The position numbers were made by a program, and so were the translations under genes. Under the pieces are notes generated by a model. It was given only the letters and a program-made list of their open reading frames with translations, had not been told where the DNA came from and searched no databases. From Antedon mediterranea (lineage: Eukaryota > Animalia > Echinodermata), in contig NC_092677.1 of assembly GCF_964355755.1 (NCBI RefSeq), positions 15,150,101 to 15,214,100 of the forward strand: 64,000 bases of DNA, read 5' to 3'. Shown in pieces: positions 11,649 through 25,381 of the stretch (position 1 is the stretch's first letter; each line of letters opens with the position of its first letter).

Positions 11649-14600
11649 TTAATACAACCCTGCTTCTTCTGTTTGTCTTTTCCACATAGATTCCAAATCC
11701 AAATCAGATCCACTTTTTTCTAAAGAACTTTCGCTGCTTCCTACGGCACTAGCACGTAACCTTTCACGATACTTCTCCTGCTTCCGACGATGTTTATCAG
11801 CATCTCTTTCTGAACGATCCATGCTTTTTTGTGCTGCTTTCAAGACTTTTTGTTTTTCACGTTCAGCCCTCTCCTTGATCTTTTTATGTGTCTGCTCTAA
11901 TCGATGTCGTGCTGCCAAGTTGTGGTCGATTACCTTGCGTCCATAAATATGTGTGTTTGGAAATATAGGTTCTGGTCCATTTGTGGGTTTTTTGTCTGGT
12001 GTCTCATTACTATCTAAAGAATCGCCTTGTTGGTCTCTTGCGTTGGAAGTGCCTGGTGTATAATAAAAATAGTAATGCAAAGTAAGTATTACATTTTTAA
12101 CAAAGAAACATAATGATCGCCATATTTACATCATCCATTTTTGACAGTACATCCCATAATAATCGTTCATGCATGCCTTTCCATGAAACTGTTGTCCACT
12201 TTCTATATTGTGCTACATGACTACTTAGAGACCCTTTCCTACGTTTTTTAGATCTAATTTAAGATCACAAACTATATTTAATGTAAAAATAATACTACAG
12301 TACCATATATGGTCCTATTGCGATAACTTTTAAAAAAATGTGAAAACTAAGTTGATTCAAATAATCATAATTTTATAATTATAATTTCACTTGAATATGT
12401 AATAATCTTACTGTCTTTTCGTTCATTGAAGGAGTCCATTTTTAATGATTGGTTATTCTTGTCTGGCGTGTCTTCAATTACTGCTTTACCAACAAGAACG
12501 ACACCAGGATCATGGGGACTGTATTGAAAGCAAAATTATATAAATTATTATTGAAATAATAGTAACCATGTTATTCCTTAAAACATTTTTATTAACTGCT
12601 GATTATCACCAGATGTCTGGAGATTGGTTGACCAGACAACTGGCCTTCATTTTGAAGAGCAAGTCTGAGATTTTTAACTAGAAAGCTTTAAATTATTCTG
12701 CCATTAAGAAATGGTCTACTGCAAGAAGAGAGGAAATAGTGTTCAATGTGCCTATTAGGTTGACTTATCTTTAATATTATTTAAAAAATCTTACTTTTTA
12801 TAAAGTATATCTTCGCTTCCGTCCAAAACAAGTTTTCGTTTTGTTGTCAGCCAACTTCTTCTCTTGACTATTTTACTTCCCTTTATTTGTAATTCAGACT
12901 GTGAACCAACACTTCCTTCAGCAGGGACATAGCCCTCATTGTTGTAGCTGTTTGTATGGTTCTGATTCATACTGTAGCTTCCATATTGGCCAGACTCGGT
13001 GCTTCCAATTGAGCCTTCAGAGGAATTCTCTCCAAACATATTACTAAAATTTAGAATTTTCATTAATAGTATTAACTGTTTTTATGATTTTTAAATTGTG
13101 TTATCAATGCCATTCACCAGGTCTCAGTCGTTTATTAGTAGCTCTCATTTCCAGTTATAAGCCAATTTATTTCCAGGTCTTGACACTCATTCGTTACCAG
13201 CTCTCAATTCCTGGTGTCACTCGTTTATTACCAGCACTCATTTCCAGGTCTCACTCATTCGTTACCAGGTCTCATATTCATTACCAAGTCTCACTCATTC
13301 ATTACCAGGTCTCATATTCATTACCAAAGTGTCACTCATTTATTAACAGGTCTCATATTCATTACCAGATCTCATTATTTAAATAACATGTCTTGCATTC
13401 ATTCATTAACTTGTCTCACATTCATTACCTGGTCTCACTTATTCATTTACAGGTCTTACCCATTGCTGATCCAGTATTTGTCAGGAATCATTTTCTTCCT
13501 TCTTCCATAAGTTGAAATGTGACCAGTTTTTGTTGATCTGAATCTATGCCAGACAACTACAGAAACAACAGCGACAAGTATGATAAACAATACAGCACAT
13601 CCTATGATGGCTGCAAGTAATTCGGTGGTTATTCCGTCACTTGTATTTGCGCTTGTTTCTGTTACTTCTTCTAAAAAAAAGTATGGAAATAATTTTAATT
13701 CCGTAATAAATTAAGCAGTTCACATACTCGTTTTGGTTAGATGTAGCCAAGTTTATTTATTTATTTAGATTTATTTGATACTTTTAGGAAGCTCATTTTA
13801 AGTTTTTATGTGTTTCCTATTCATCTCTTTATCAACCTATTTTTCTGATTTCTTTATATTTTTAACGATGATGAATAAAGTATATTTGATTGATGTAGTA
13901 ATAACAAAGTAATAGTTTTTAACAACTATCACGGTTAAAAATTTGTCAGATTTTAGTGCAATTGCTTGAATATTGTCAGCCTTTTTCTGTATGCACTTCC
14001 ACATAATGTATGATATATATAATATTCCTAACCTGGATCCGTGGTAATGATCACTTCATCTGAATACAACCCTGTACTTGTCCAAGTTGAAATTGCCATC
14101 TGAAAGCCATACGTTGTGTTTGATTTTAAGTCAGTGATGATTCTGCTAATTGCGGTAGGCTCAGATTCGGACAACATAAACGTTTCATTGTTATCCAATC
14201 GGCGGTACTTAATTGCATAGGATTTAAAAAGTGATGCTTCCACAGCCTAATATTAACAAAAAGATATATAAAACAGTTGTATATTAAACATTGTAATATG
14301 TTACTACCAACAGCAATTAAGGCCAATTTATACCGACGAGTGGTAACAGCAATAAAAATATAGAATCTATGTTATTCCTTATGACCATGTACATACAAGG
14401 CGGAGCAGATGGGCAGAGATGGGAGATACAGATTCTACGTGGAACAAGCTATGTGGTTTTTATTTTATCTTACTGCTCGTCTGACCTTTAACCTGTGCAA
14501 AGGATATTGAACCATTGACCTTTTAGATCCCTGGTATGAATTCCATTATTGCTGCTCTCATTACAATAATGCATTTTAATACATACCATATTATTTCATA

Positions 14601-17600
14601 TTTAACATGTACTAAATGAATAATGGAACTCATAGTTATATAAAGTACCCCACATTCAGTTCATTTTTTTTTAAAGTCATTACATTTCATATCAATCAAT
14701 AAATTTCACAATGCCATCATGCTTTCATTTATTCTTTGCTGGTACTATTATACATAATACACTAGTTACTTTCTTTTGAAACATACATTATGCATTTAAA
14801 TTGTCCTTACCATCCATGATAGTCTAACAGCATCTGTTCCAAGGACAGCAGCACGCACACCTTGCACTTTTAATGTCAATACTAGAATGGAACAATAATG
14901 TATAGTAAAGTAGTTGATTAATTAGGTTTCTTAAAGATGTATTGTCCCCCACAAACACGAAAAATAATGATTAATTAAATCAGACTTTGAATAGGTCATT
15001 TTGTAGCTCTAATAAAGTTTATCACTTCCATAGAAAAAACAACGAAAAAAAATAAAAAATAACATAATGAATGGTTAAATTCAACAAAAAATCCATTGGC
15101 TGGCAGCCAATTTGAAAATTTTTTGCTTTAAATCACAGTTTTTTCAGGTAAATAAATTTTGTTTGGATTTTTGGTCAAAGTGGATAGCCATTATGTAATA
15201 TTAAAATGGCATATTCAAAAAAAAAAAAATTGTTTAATTATTTTTCAGGGGGACAGTACATAATGTAATAAATTCATTGAATAGCTTATTACAGTTTAAC
15301 AATTATTTGTTACAAATGGTATCAGCACTTATTTAGTTTTGTACGTATCCTTACAAGGTTAAACCATAGCGGCCAAACAATAACCTAATTTGTCTTTATA
15401 TATTATACTTACCGTCTGCTTCTGTTTTGGCAACTATTGTTACAAATTCACTCCAGCCGTACACCTCCTTATTTCCAGCACGCATGCGTACTTCATAATA
15501 TGTCGCATACTCTAGATTCTCAATAACTGTTTCTAAAGGTGGAACATTCTCAAACTGAACTACAGTCTCCTGGACTATAGAACTATTTAATCGGTGGCGT
15601 AACTCGTATATTATGTTGTCTGCTGGGCCATTTAGTTCTTCAGGCTCCCTCCATTGGATACTGAAAGAGTTTGCTTGGGCTAAGATGTTGAGATTGTATG
15701 GAACGGTTGGTATACTTTGCTTTGTAGTTACTTGTATAGAAGGGTTACTCATTGGGCCTGATCCTAGATCATTGATGGCCCTTACGCTGAAGATGTAACT
15801 GGTATATGGTTTGAGGTCAGTTACTGTTGTTGTTTGCTGTACAATTACTTCTGGAAGTTCCGTGTACACAATGCTGAGGATCTAAAATTAAACATTATGA
15901 ACAATAATCATATTATAAAGATTAATAAATCATTATTTAGCCATGTAGAACTCTTACAATATGATGATGTAATTACAATACTAGTGTAATATAATATTAC
16001 CTCTTTATATAATACTTTAAAACCTGTGACCAGCAAATCGCTATTAGAGGGAGGTAGGCTCCAAACCAAACCAACAGATGTAGACAAAATGGAAGTTAGG
16101 CCTGGTGGCATTGGTGCTCCTGGAACTGTAAAAAAAAATGTTAGGAATTTTTAATCTATTGTAAGGATTTCAGAGCCTTGCATTAACAAAATTAATAATA
16201 AATAATATTTGATATGTAACAGAGAAACAGATATAATGGAAACTAATTTATTATTAACACTAAAGATGAGTAAATATGCAAGAATGAAAAAAAGCTGCTC
16301 TTCCTCATTTTCACAGTTTATAAATATAATTCAAATGTACATCACTTTAATCTAAAACATTAATACACCAACCTTTCAATGACCTCTGATCACTACCTCT
16401 TGCATTCTGGGCAAGGCAGGTATATTCATTTATCTCGGCTAAATCGAGACTCTCCACAAAAAGAGCGTCATCTGTTGTTATAATATGATTCTGGATGCCA
16501 GAACCTGTAAGTCGGATACCATTCACATCCCAGGCGATTGTAGGCTCTGGTGATCCAATGGCACTGCATAGAATTGTCAGGGAGGTTTCTTGTTGGGTTA
16601 TTTGAACTTTAGTTATAACTGGTGGGCCTGCATAATAATACAATAAGAGCATTACATTTGACAAAATCAACAAGAAATTCCTTTTTATACTGTAGTTATT
16701 TACACTGGTAACACTAGTGATGGTTTAGATTTAGCATCACTGGAACACTGTAAAGTGAATCCGATATTCCCATATCGGTTAGGATTTAAAATGAGTAAGT
16801 TTAGTTAATGTTGATTGTTCACTCTGTGGGTTATTTTGTTTAATGCTATTGGTAGCTAGCTCTATGTGCTTCCTAGATGAATTAAAAACAATGAATTGTC
16901 TCACCTAATATTGTGACCACAACAGACTGGTTGGCTATTCCTAGTTCATTGGTAGCAAGACATGTGAATTCCCCATGATGCACACTGACTGTTGGATTAC
17001 TGATTGTTATTGACCCTTGAACTCCTACGATGCTATCATCACTACTTGTTGGTTGGCCAGATGGAAGAATCCATTCTATATGTGGGGTTGGCCTTCCTTC
17101 TGCTAAGCATTCAAGTGAAAGCTGGTCTGTTCCAGAATCTTGGGTGTATGTTACTGAAGTTATTGGAATAATTCTAGGTGGAACTAAATATAAATGTGTG
17201 ATTCAAAAACATTGATACCAGCAAAATGTGAGGGAAGTAGAGTACTTTGTGTCCCTAAGTTTCCATCAACTAAAGCTATATGGACATATTTGGGAACATC
17301 ACACTTTTTCTTTCAAAATAGTTTGATAGTGTATACAGAGCTTAAGTTGTAAATATGAAATTTTATGTAAAATGTTTTAACTTACAATTTACTGCCAAGA
17401 ATGCCAATCCTGATATTGTTCCTACAGAGTTTGCTACTTCACATTTATAAAAAGAACTATCGACCTCTTTCACAGATGCAAATTCTAGAGAACCACTAAC
17501 TGAGATAAAGGTGCCTTCTCCTGGCATATTTGAGCTTGTGGTTCCAGTACCAACAGCACTCAACTGACTGCCATTGGCATCAGAGACATACCACGAGACA

Positions 17601-20600
17601 ATTGGTCTTTCTCTTGCAGATGCCAGGCAGATCAATGAAGCTGGGTTTCCCAGATTGGATGTAACATTAGTAGGTGGGGTTATAAAAACTGGGAAATCTG
17701 CATCAAAAATAAAAATGAGAACAAATATTAACTAATCAAGGAGCAAAACTGACATTAAAAACTAGAAGTAGTCGGCTTCAATATCCTGTCTGTCTTGTGT
17801 AGTCAGTCAATCTTCTCCTCCATCCATTCCTTTGAGAAATATACCATGGAGAGACTACATTTAATTCTCTCTAAAATGTTTGCCCCTAACATTGCTTTTG
17901 ATTTTTTAATTGGAAATTTTAAATTTCCAATCATACCTAAAGTTAAAATGTTGACCGAGATTTGGTTGGAACCAGCATTACTAGTAGCTACACAAGTGTA
18001 AGTGCCTAGGTTCTCCTCTGTAGCACCATTCACTACAATACTGCCATTCAACAGTAATTGTAAATTATTCACTGAAAAGAATAAGATATTAGTTAGAGCC
18101 GAGTGTTTGAGACAAGGGCACTGCAAACCACAGCCACAATATGGGAACAGGTTCAAGGCGGGTCTTTGACCATAGTCAGTAATAGAACAAGTTTTCTTTG
18201 ATAAGGACTTGGTGTACACATCTGTCTTTGTGTGTACTTACAAGATCCCAGTTTGTCTTTCGGAATAGTAAGGGGTTACCTCAGTATTCTGGTGAAATTT
18301 TAAACACCTTCCCAGTTGAATAGTTACAGAAACCCCAAATGGAACAATAAATATAAATCAACCTCAATTTTAAATTTTATTTTTAAAAAATTTCATATAT
18401 AATGCTTGCAGGTTTACCTAAAATCAGTTCCTCTCCATCTTTCATCCATGACACCTGCGGGCGTGGATCGCCATAAGCGACGCAGTCTAGACGAAACGAC
18501 TGCCCAAGAGTTACCGTTTGTTCTTGAGGGCGTACACTGAACTGTGGTGGTACTGAAAATGAATTGAAAATAACAAATAACAGTTTTATGGAAAAGTGTT
18601 AATAGAGCTTTGGTGCAATGCTCATATGATAATTAATACATAATTAAACAGTATTTTTCACTGATTTTTGTTTTGTCTTAGTAAACCTTTAGTTGACATC
18701 AGCCTAGGGAGTCATCAATCAACCTTACAACTTCACCTTCAATTCCTTACTACAGTACTTATGTACTACTCTCTAGGAGGGTAACATTTATCTATGTATA
18801 GGGTTACACTTATACCTCGATGAGGCTTGCGTTTTACCAGTGTAACAAAATACTTACTAAGTACTGAAAGATAGAACTGAGTTTGATCGTAACCCAGTAG
18901 ATTAGATACTTCGCATGTGTAAATGCCTTCCTGGCTTTTTTGTATGTTGTAGATTACTAGGTCACCATTACTGTATAACTGATGACTAGGGTCACTGGTT
19001 ATCTGCTGCTCTTGGTAGAACCATGCATACATAATCTGAGAAGAGAGCAAAATAGACAGTACTCCACATATTTACTGTATATATAGATAAAACTCCTATT
19101 AAGGGGTCACTTCAGGGCCATGATAAAGTGTCCCGGTAATACAGGTGTCTCTTGAATGGGGGTTGGAAATTAGCGTTAACATATACTGTATATTGCCTGT
19201 AAATCGTTTCACTAGGAAAATTTCCACTTAATAGAGGTGTTTCTTGAATAGGGGTTGGTAAATAGTGTTAACACATATATCCCATCATTCCTTCCATAGA
19301 AAAATATCCACTTAATAGAGGTGTCCTTTAAATATGGGTTTCCTAAAGGAGTACTGCAGTACTACTGTCCTCTTTAATGCCTTTTCATACTACTTCTCTT
19401 GTTTAGTTATGTGCTAAGATTTCTGATTCATGCAAGACGTTTTTTGGTACTTTTTAAAGTTGTGAATAGGATTCTTTTATTATCTAAGTTTTGTATTAGT
19501 ACTAATAGCAATACACTATTAATTTTAGTTTGTAAATACTAATACTTCACAACATGCTAAGTACACAAATCAATAAAGCCAGAAATAGGTTATATGATAC
19601 CAAACAATACATATACCAAACCAGATGGTTTTGAAAGCAAGTAGCTTTTGTGTGAAGGTAGTACTAATGGATAGAGAACTGACAATATCATTACGTACAG
19701 GTATGTACAAGATGGTACATATATTGCTTTATCCTTTGTATGGATGAACAGGGACAAAGAAAAAACATAACAAAAATTATTAGTTTATTTTTATCTCACA
19801 AATTTTTAATATGCTTGTAATCATTTAATTAGAGATAAGTCCGTATTTTAGTAACATTTTTAACTTAAAATACAAAAAGTAAATCTTCCCACCTGAGGAT
19901 TTCCATCAGCCCTGCACTGTAGTGTTGCCGTTTCTCCCTCTACAACTTGTTGATTTGAGGGTAAAAGCGTAAACCTTGGGGAGCCTAGAAAATGAATGAG
20001 ATTGATAAAACTTGATTTGTCTAGTCAAAATTGTAACTTGAAGAACACTGTTGACCATGCATAATCTAGAAAAATCTAAAATTATTAATATTTGTTTTTC
20101 ACTGATTATCAAAATGATTATATATATTATCAGATACTGGGAAAATGAGTGGTTTGTTATTATTCCAGATGTTCTAACCTAATTGAAGGCCCAAACAGAT
20201 AATAATGTTGATTTTGAAACTCTAATATTTCATAGTATAGTATGTTGTTTACTGATTTTATCAGATGTATAATAACACAGAGGGAAGGCATACTATATGT
20301 TAACTAGTTGTTAATTAAATGGCCAATATGAAATTTCTATTCCAAAAATTATAAAGTAAATTGAAAATATAAATGTTTATAGAATTTAAAAAAACCTTAC
20401 TTTGAACTGTGAGTACTGCTGATGTCGTATCACTCCCAACGGTATTTGTAGCACTACAAGAATATGTCCCCGACTGATCTGTGGTAGCGGACATAATAAC
20501 CAGTGAACCATTGGTCAGAACTTGAAAGCTTTGACCATCACCCCCAGGGGCTGGAATCGGGGCTTTATTAGGATCAGGTGTAGTCCATTCGATGAGTGGG

Positions 20601-23047
20601 GTTGGATTACCGCTGGCTTCACAGTGTAGTGTGACAGACAATCCTTCCACAACAATTGAGTCTACTGGTCTCGTTGTTATTACAGGAACAACTATTTTGA
20701 AGAGATAAGCAAGCAAGAAATAAATAGAAAAACAAACTGCATTTATATTCTCCAAATCTGAGTGTACTGATTGTTATAAATTTCCTTTATTAAGATTAAT
20801 CTAGACAGAGTCACTACCCTTTGGTACAAAAGTTTACTTTTAATTCAAATATTTGTTCGGAGTGAAGTCTTGTGAGGAAGAGTAATGAACATTCTTCAAT
20901 TTGTAAGGCAGCTTCTGAAGTAGATCTTGTACCAATTGTATTGGTCTCCCTTTCCACTGGGTTCAACTAGCAATGGAAATATTTCTAATGATTGGACAAT
21001 CATAGTCATTCTTTACTGAAGGATGCCTGATTGATTGCTATCATACCTTGAATCATAAGATGTGCTTGTGCTGACCGGCTTGTGTACCCGTTACTCGCTG
21101 TGCACTCATACACACCCTCATCTTCCCCAACAAGGTCAAGAAGCCGGAGCCAGCCCTGCCTAGGTTCTTCCAATCGATCAGCAGGTATGACACCACTTGT
21201 CTAAAATGAGGTGAAAAATCTATCTTAAATTTCAAATATTTTCATGAACAGTAAAATATAGAAACAATATGAAGGGGACATCTTTGTGACAATAAAGCAT
21301 CCTCTTATAGCTTACTAGGGGTGTTCTACTGTATACAAATACTTGTGTAATAATACCTTGATTTTAACTAGTAGTAAAAAATAAACTATATATATAATTA
21401 TACTTATTATTATACTCAATAGATACAACATTTCTGTGCAAAGAATATTACCTTTCTCCACACTATAGAAGGTGTTGGGCTCCCTGTTGCCTCACATTTA
21501 AAAGTAACTCTGCTTCCAACCAATGCTGACTGATCTGTTGGACGTAGTGTCAGGGTGACATCTTGAAGTGGCGGGTCAACAACGAGAAGTGCTGAAGCAC
21601 TGTTTTCACCCCAGCTGTTAACGGCTGTACATGTGTAATAGCCAGCATCTGACTGCTGTATATTGGTGATTGTCAGGGAGGTAGACGTGATGGTATAATG
21701 ACTGGAAGACTAAACACAAGAGAAGTATATTGTTATTGCATACTGTTATAACTTTAAGTCCAGGATGCAACACAAGGAAGTAGACTCAACACAGGCAATT
21801 CAACCAATCAGAACCAGAGAAATGTTCAGAACTGTTGATTATGGTTGGTCACATTATGTTGCTAGTGGTAACCACGTTTAAGCAAATACTTGGTGAAGTT
21901 TCTATGTTAAGTTGCATACCTTGTGTTACTTTCTTACCTGAATTTGTTGTCCATTATTATTAAGCCAATGGACAGTGGCTACTGGACTTCCTATTGCGAT
22001 ACATGAAAATGATACACTTTGACCTTCTGGTGCACGTTGACCTTCAGGTGGCTGAAGAAATCCTGGTCGCCCTAAAGTCAAAAAACTATTAGACTATTTT
22101 TCAAGTAACGTTTTGCTAACTAACTGTACAATAATTTCTTGAATATGTATCAACTACTCCTAAGGCTAGTTCAAATGAGACTTTGTAAGCATTATATAGT
22201 TTAACTGTAATTGGCAAGTTCCTTGCTGTTGGACGTTATGCAATTGTTAAGCATCAGTCACAGTTCACACCATGGTACCTGCTTTGCTGTGCGAACAAAA
22301 TGAATAACAAATTACCAATGAGAGTTAATGTAGCAGATTCACTGATAAGCTGTAACTGCAACAACATATTTTCAGCAGTACAGGTGTAAGACCCCATATC
22401 TTCATGATTGGGTGACAACACTGTCAGACTGCTTGATGTCACCATACCAACATTTGTCGTGCTAACAGACGCTTGTACAAGATCTTCACCATTGAGCTGC
22501 CACGACAATGTCGCTGGTGGGTTGCTATTAATACTGCATTGGAATGTTGACGTCTGACCCGTATTTGTGGTCACAGAGGATGGCTGGGTAATAAACAAAT
22601 CTGAAAAATCTGTTTTATAATTCAAAACCATTAAATGACAATAAGGTGACTGACAATAATTAAAAATTTGAATTAATTAATCAATGCATCTGTAAATTTG
22701 TAAAACTTACGAGCTAGACTAAGAGATGACCTCTGACTTGTGATAGTCTCCATACCAGAATTTGCCTGGCACATGTAATTTCCAACAGCCTCTTGAACCA
22801 CACTAAGAATATGCAGCGTACCATTGGGGAAAGTTTCAAATAGACTGCCTCTGATTGGCTGGTTATTGAACAACCAGGTAATGGTTGGTTCAGGATTTCC
22901 TCTGGCAATACAATGCCACCAAACTGGCTGAAGCTCAATGGCAACAAGTGGTGTTGGTTCCTGGATAAACTGCAGAGGAAGGGCATTAGTAATAATGCTG
23001 CAGATGAGAAGTAGTTGGATGTGGTATCTGCTTTCAAAACTGACCAT
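11649..23047 (-). CDS. Type-I membrane Ig-superfamily cell-adhesion/receptor protein (~10 Ig I-set + 3 FN3 + TM + cytoplasmic tail)
   Basis: Exons with GT-AG boundaries, read manually (approximate): 23047-22711, 22600-22316, 22071-21938, 21709-21452, 21200-21047, 20691-20401, 19984-19893, 19035-18858, 18552-18418, 18071-17937, 17697-17386, 17183-16905, 16627-16373, 16125-16001, 15881-15413, 14881-14811, 14246-14033, 13670-13460 (TM: LLAAIIGCAVLFIILVAVVSVVVW), 13043-12795, 12518-12412, 12052-11649. Has a signal peptide, repeated C...W...GxYxC Ig motifs and FN3 motifs (LKPYTSYIFSVRAINDLG, LEYATYYEVRMRAGN). Confidence 0.88.
13110..13459. repeat. Intronic minisatellite (CATTCATTACCAGGTCTCA-type, ~19-21 bp)
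   Basis: Many degenerate tandem copies; they explain the spurious + strand ORFs at 13084 and 13214. Confidence 0.8.
14935..15261. mobile_element. Kolobok-like non-autonomous element (copy in opposite orientation to 34852-35185)
   Basis: TTAA|AGATGTATTGTCCCC ... GGGGACAGTACAT; internal sequence is the reverse complement of the 34852 copy. Confidence 0.6.
18095..18295 (+). mobile_element. Old SINE with Nin/Deu-like core; related copy ~42625-42850
   Basis: Both copies share GGGCACTGCAAACCAC, CTTTGACCATAG and CTTTCG(G/A)AAT..GTAAG.GGTTACC.CAGT, resembling the Nin-domain core of invertebrate SINEs (recalled, not searched). Confidence 0.45.
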
Positions 23048-24221
23048 TATTGTTATTTGATTGCACTGGTCACATTCCTAAATGATTGGTCTATTAATAG
23101 GTTATCTGCAAACAAAATAATATATAAAAAATATATATATTATTAAACAGTTTTACTATTATTGTTATTAAATATAATAAATAAAATGAAAGAATGTTAA
23201 AAAATATATTTGATTTTAATTTAGTAAATACAATTTGTTTAATACAACTTTCGATGTGATTTATTCTAGGCCCTATTGGAAAATTTCTTTCTACTACCAC
23301 ACCAGCCTGCCCTTGTGTTATTTACTTTATTTATGCGATTCAATTTCAGTTCGACTGATCAATGGATGTGCAGTGTTACTAATAATAATGTTTGTTTGGC
23401 TAGGCCTAGAGTCTAGGGCCTACTACTAGCTAGCCTAGGCCTACCACAAAACGGTTTTTTTTTTTTTTTGACTTATTTTAAATTGTGTGTTGTACTGTAC
23501 ACCTGTCACCAGGCCCTGGCTGGCTGGACATACTGTACAACTAACTGGGACCAGGTAGTAGGCTAGTTCAATTTTAGTCTAGGCCTATACCATAGATATG
23601 CCTAACTACAGGCCTACAGATAATCTATCAAACACAATACAAGACAACCACCACTAATCAGGCCTAACAGGCATTATTCTGTGTCGTGTACGGAGTGCAG
23701 AGAGAGCGAAGCGACGACTGTTCTGTCATCACACTCGCTTGCTCACTCACAGTCACTCGTCTTCGACTGAACATTTTTACATAGCGTACCTGGCAACAGC
23801 CTATTTTTCACTGAATAACACATTATTTGAAGCCACATATAGTAAATTTAATATAAATTTGAAATATAAAATTCAAACACTACCTTTAAATTTTAAATTT
23901 ACATTCGTACTTCCTCATTTATACATTAGAAAAGATCGATTACATTTCACAAAACTTTGTTTGCAAATGCTAAATTTGATATTGATGTCAAAGGTTGTTA
24001 TATAACGGTAACATATGGTACTAAACGGTCTGTATCGATCCACACGTAATCGGTACGCGAACATGTGAAACAGTTCGTTCTTTACAATTTTCTTTGGGAA
24101 ATTCTCTTCACACTCTTTTCATCTTTTTTTTTTCGTGTGTCGTCGGTGCTCTCTGTTTTTTAAGCTAAAATTAGGCCTTATTTTAACGATTTAAACCCCT
24201 AAAATTTAGAAATTAGCAAAT

Positions 24222-24311
24222 ATGGATGATGACAGGGCTGATAGAACCCTTTATGTAGGAAATCTTGATACTGAAGTTACCGAAGATATTCTTTATGAAT
24301 TATTTTTACAG
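24222..24311 (+). CDS. RBM7: RNA-binding protein 7 (RBM7/RBM11 family), exon 1
   Basis: MDDDRADRTLYVGNLDTEVTEDILYELFLQ (RRM RNP2, like human EADRTLFVGNLETKVTEELLFELFHQ); CAG|GTAAAC donor. Not in the ORF track. Confidence 0.88.
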
Positions 24312-24724
24312 GTAAACCAAACTTTAATCTGCTGATTCGTGGTGAGGAGGCTAGGCCTTCCTACGCCAGAACTGAACAAAAATGTATGCCCGCCTTGTGT
24401 GGTTCTTTCTGTGGTTTGCGTACACATTGAGGAATTTGTGTCTGAATGTGGGCCTAGCTATAGTAGGCTAGTTTTAAACCATACCTCCATGCTTAAACCC
24501 ATTTGGTGTGATCGTTTAAAATGTGAGGCATTGTCGAGAACCTTACCAGATATAATTTAATTTGATTTCTTTAAATGCGGCATAAATAAGTAATAAATAA
24601 AATGAAACATCATGAATGATGGATATTCATTCTTATCATAGGCCCTATGTATTCATTATACAACTAAAAACGTGAGGTATAATTCTCCAACCCCAGAAGA
24701 TAATACCTATGGTTTTTTTTTCAG

Positions 24725-25381
24725 GCTGGGCCTTTAGTTTCTGTGAAGCGTATTGTTGGTAAACCATTTGCCTTTGTTGAGTTTACACATGATGTCTCTG
24801 TACCTTACTCAAAGCAAATTATGACAGGAACGCAACTCTTTGGAAAAGAATTACGCCTTCAATTTCGTTCTGGCAGTATCCATGAACAGCAACGGCAGCC
24901 ACAGAATCTTCAGCGTTCCAATTCATATCCACATCCGACTCATCAAGGACAGCAGTCCTTTTCTCCGCAACATCAGCAATTTCAGGGCCAAGATCCTGTC
25001 CGATCAATGTACTATAGACAGCAGCAGATGTGTGACAATTATAATCAGTATTTTCAAAGAGACATGGAGGAACGAGACCATAACATTGATTTTAGAAGAA
25101 GCCCCCACTTGCATAGAACCCAAAGTTGCAATGAACAGGAAGACTCTAGAAGAGGTCATACTAATTATGATGGCGGTAGGTCGCGACACCATGATAGAGG
25201 TCAGGATGATCATTATAGGAATTCGGGAAGCAATAATCGTGGTCATCACATGCGAAACGAACCTCAAGAACTCATTGAAAAAAAGATGCGTAGAAGTGCA
25301 GAGTCCGGAATGAGGCATTCATCTTCTAGGAATTCATATCAGGATTCGCGATCAGGCGGCGGACATTATTACAGGAGGTAG
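24725..25381 (+). CDS. RBM7: RBM7 exon 2 (rest of RRM plus Q/R/S-rich tail)
   Basis: tttcag acceptor; AGPLVSVKRIVGKPFAFVEFTHDVSVPYSKQIMTGTQLFGKELRLQFRSGS matches the RBM7 RRM. Confidence 0.88.
   Translation, partial: AGPLVSVKRIVGKPFAFVEFTHDVSVPYSKQIMTGTQLFGKELRLQFRSGSIHEQQRQPQNLQRSNSYPHPTHQGQQSFSPQHQQFQGQDPVRSMYYRQQQMCDNYNQYFQRDMEERDHNIDFRRSPHLHRTQSCNEQEDSRRGHTNYDGGRSRHHDRGQDDHYRNSGSNNRGHHMRNEPQELIEKKMRRSAESGMRHSSSRNSYQDSRSGGGHYYRR

Noticed and set aside
24819-25318. Overlapping alternative-frame and antisense ORFs
   Set aside because: Shadows of RBM7 exon 2 with no recognisable domains.
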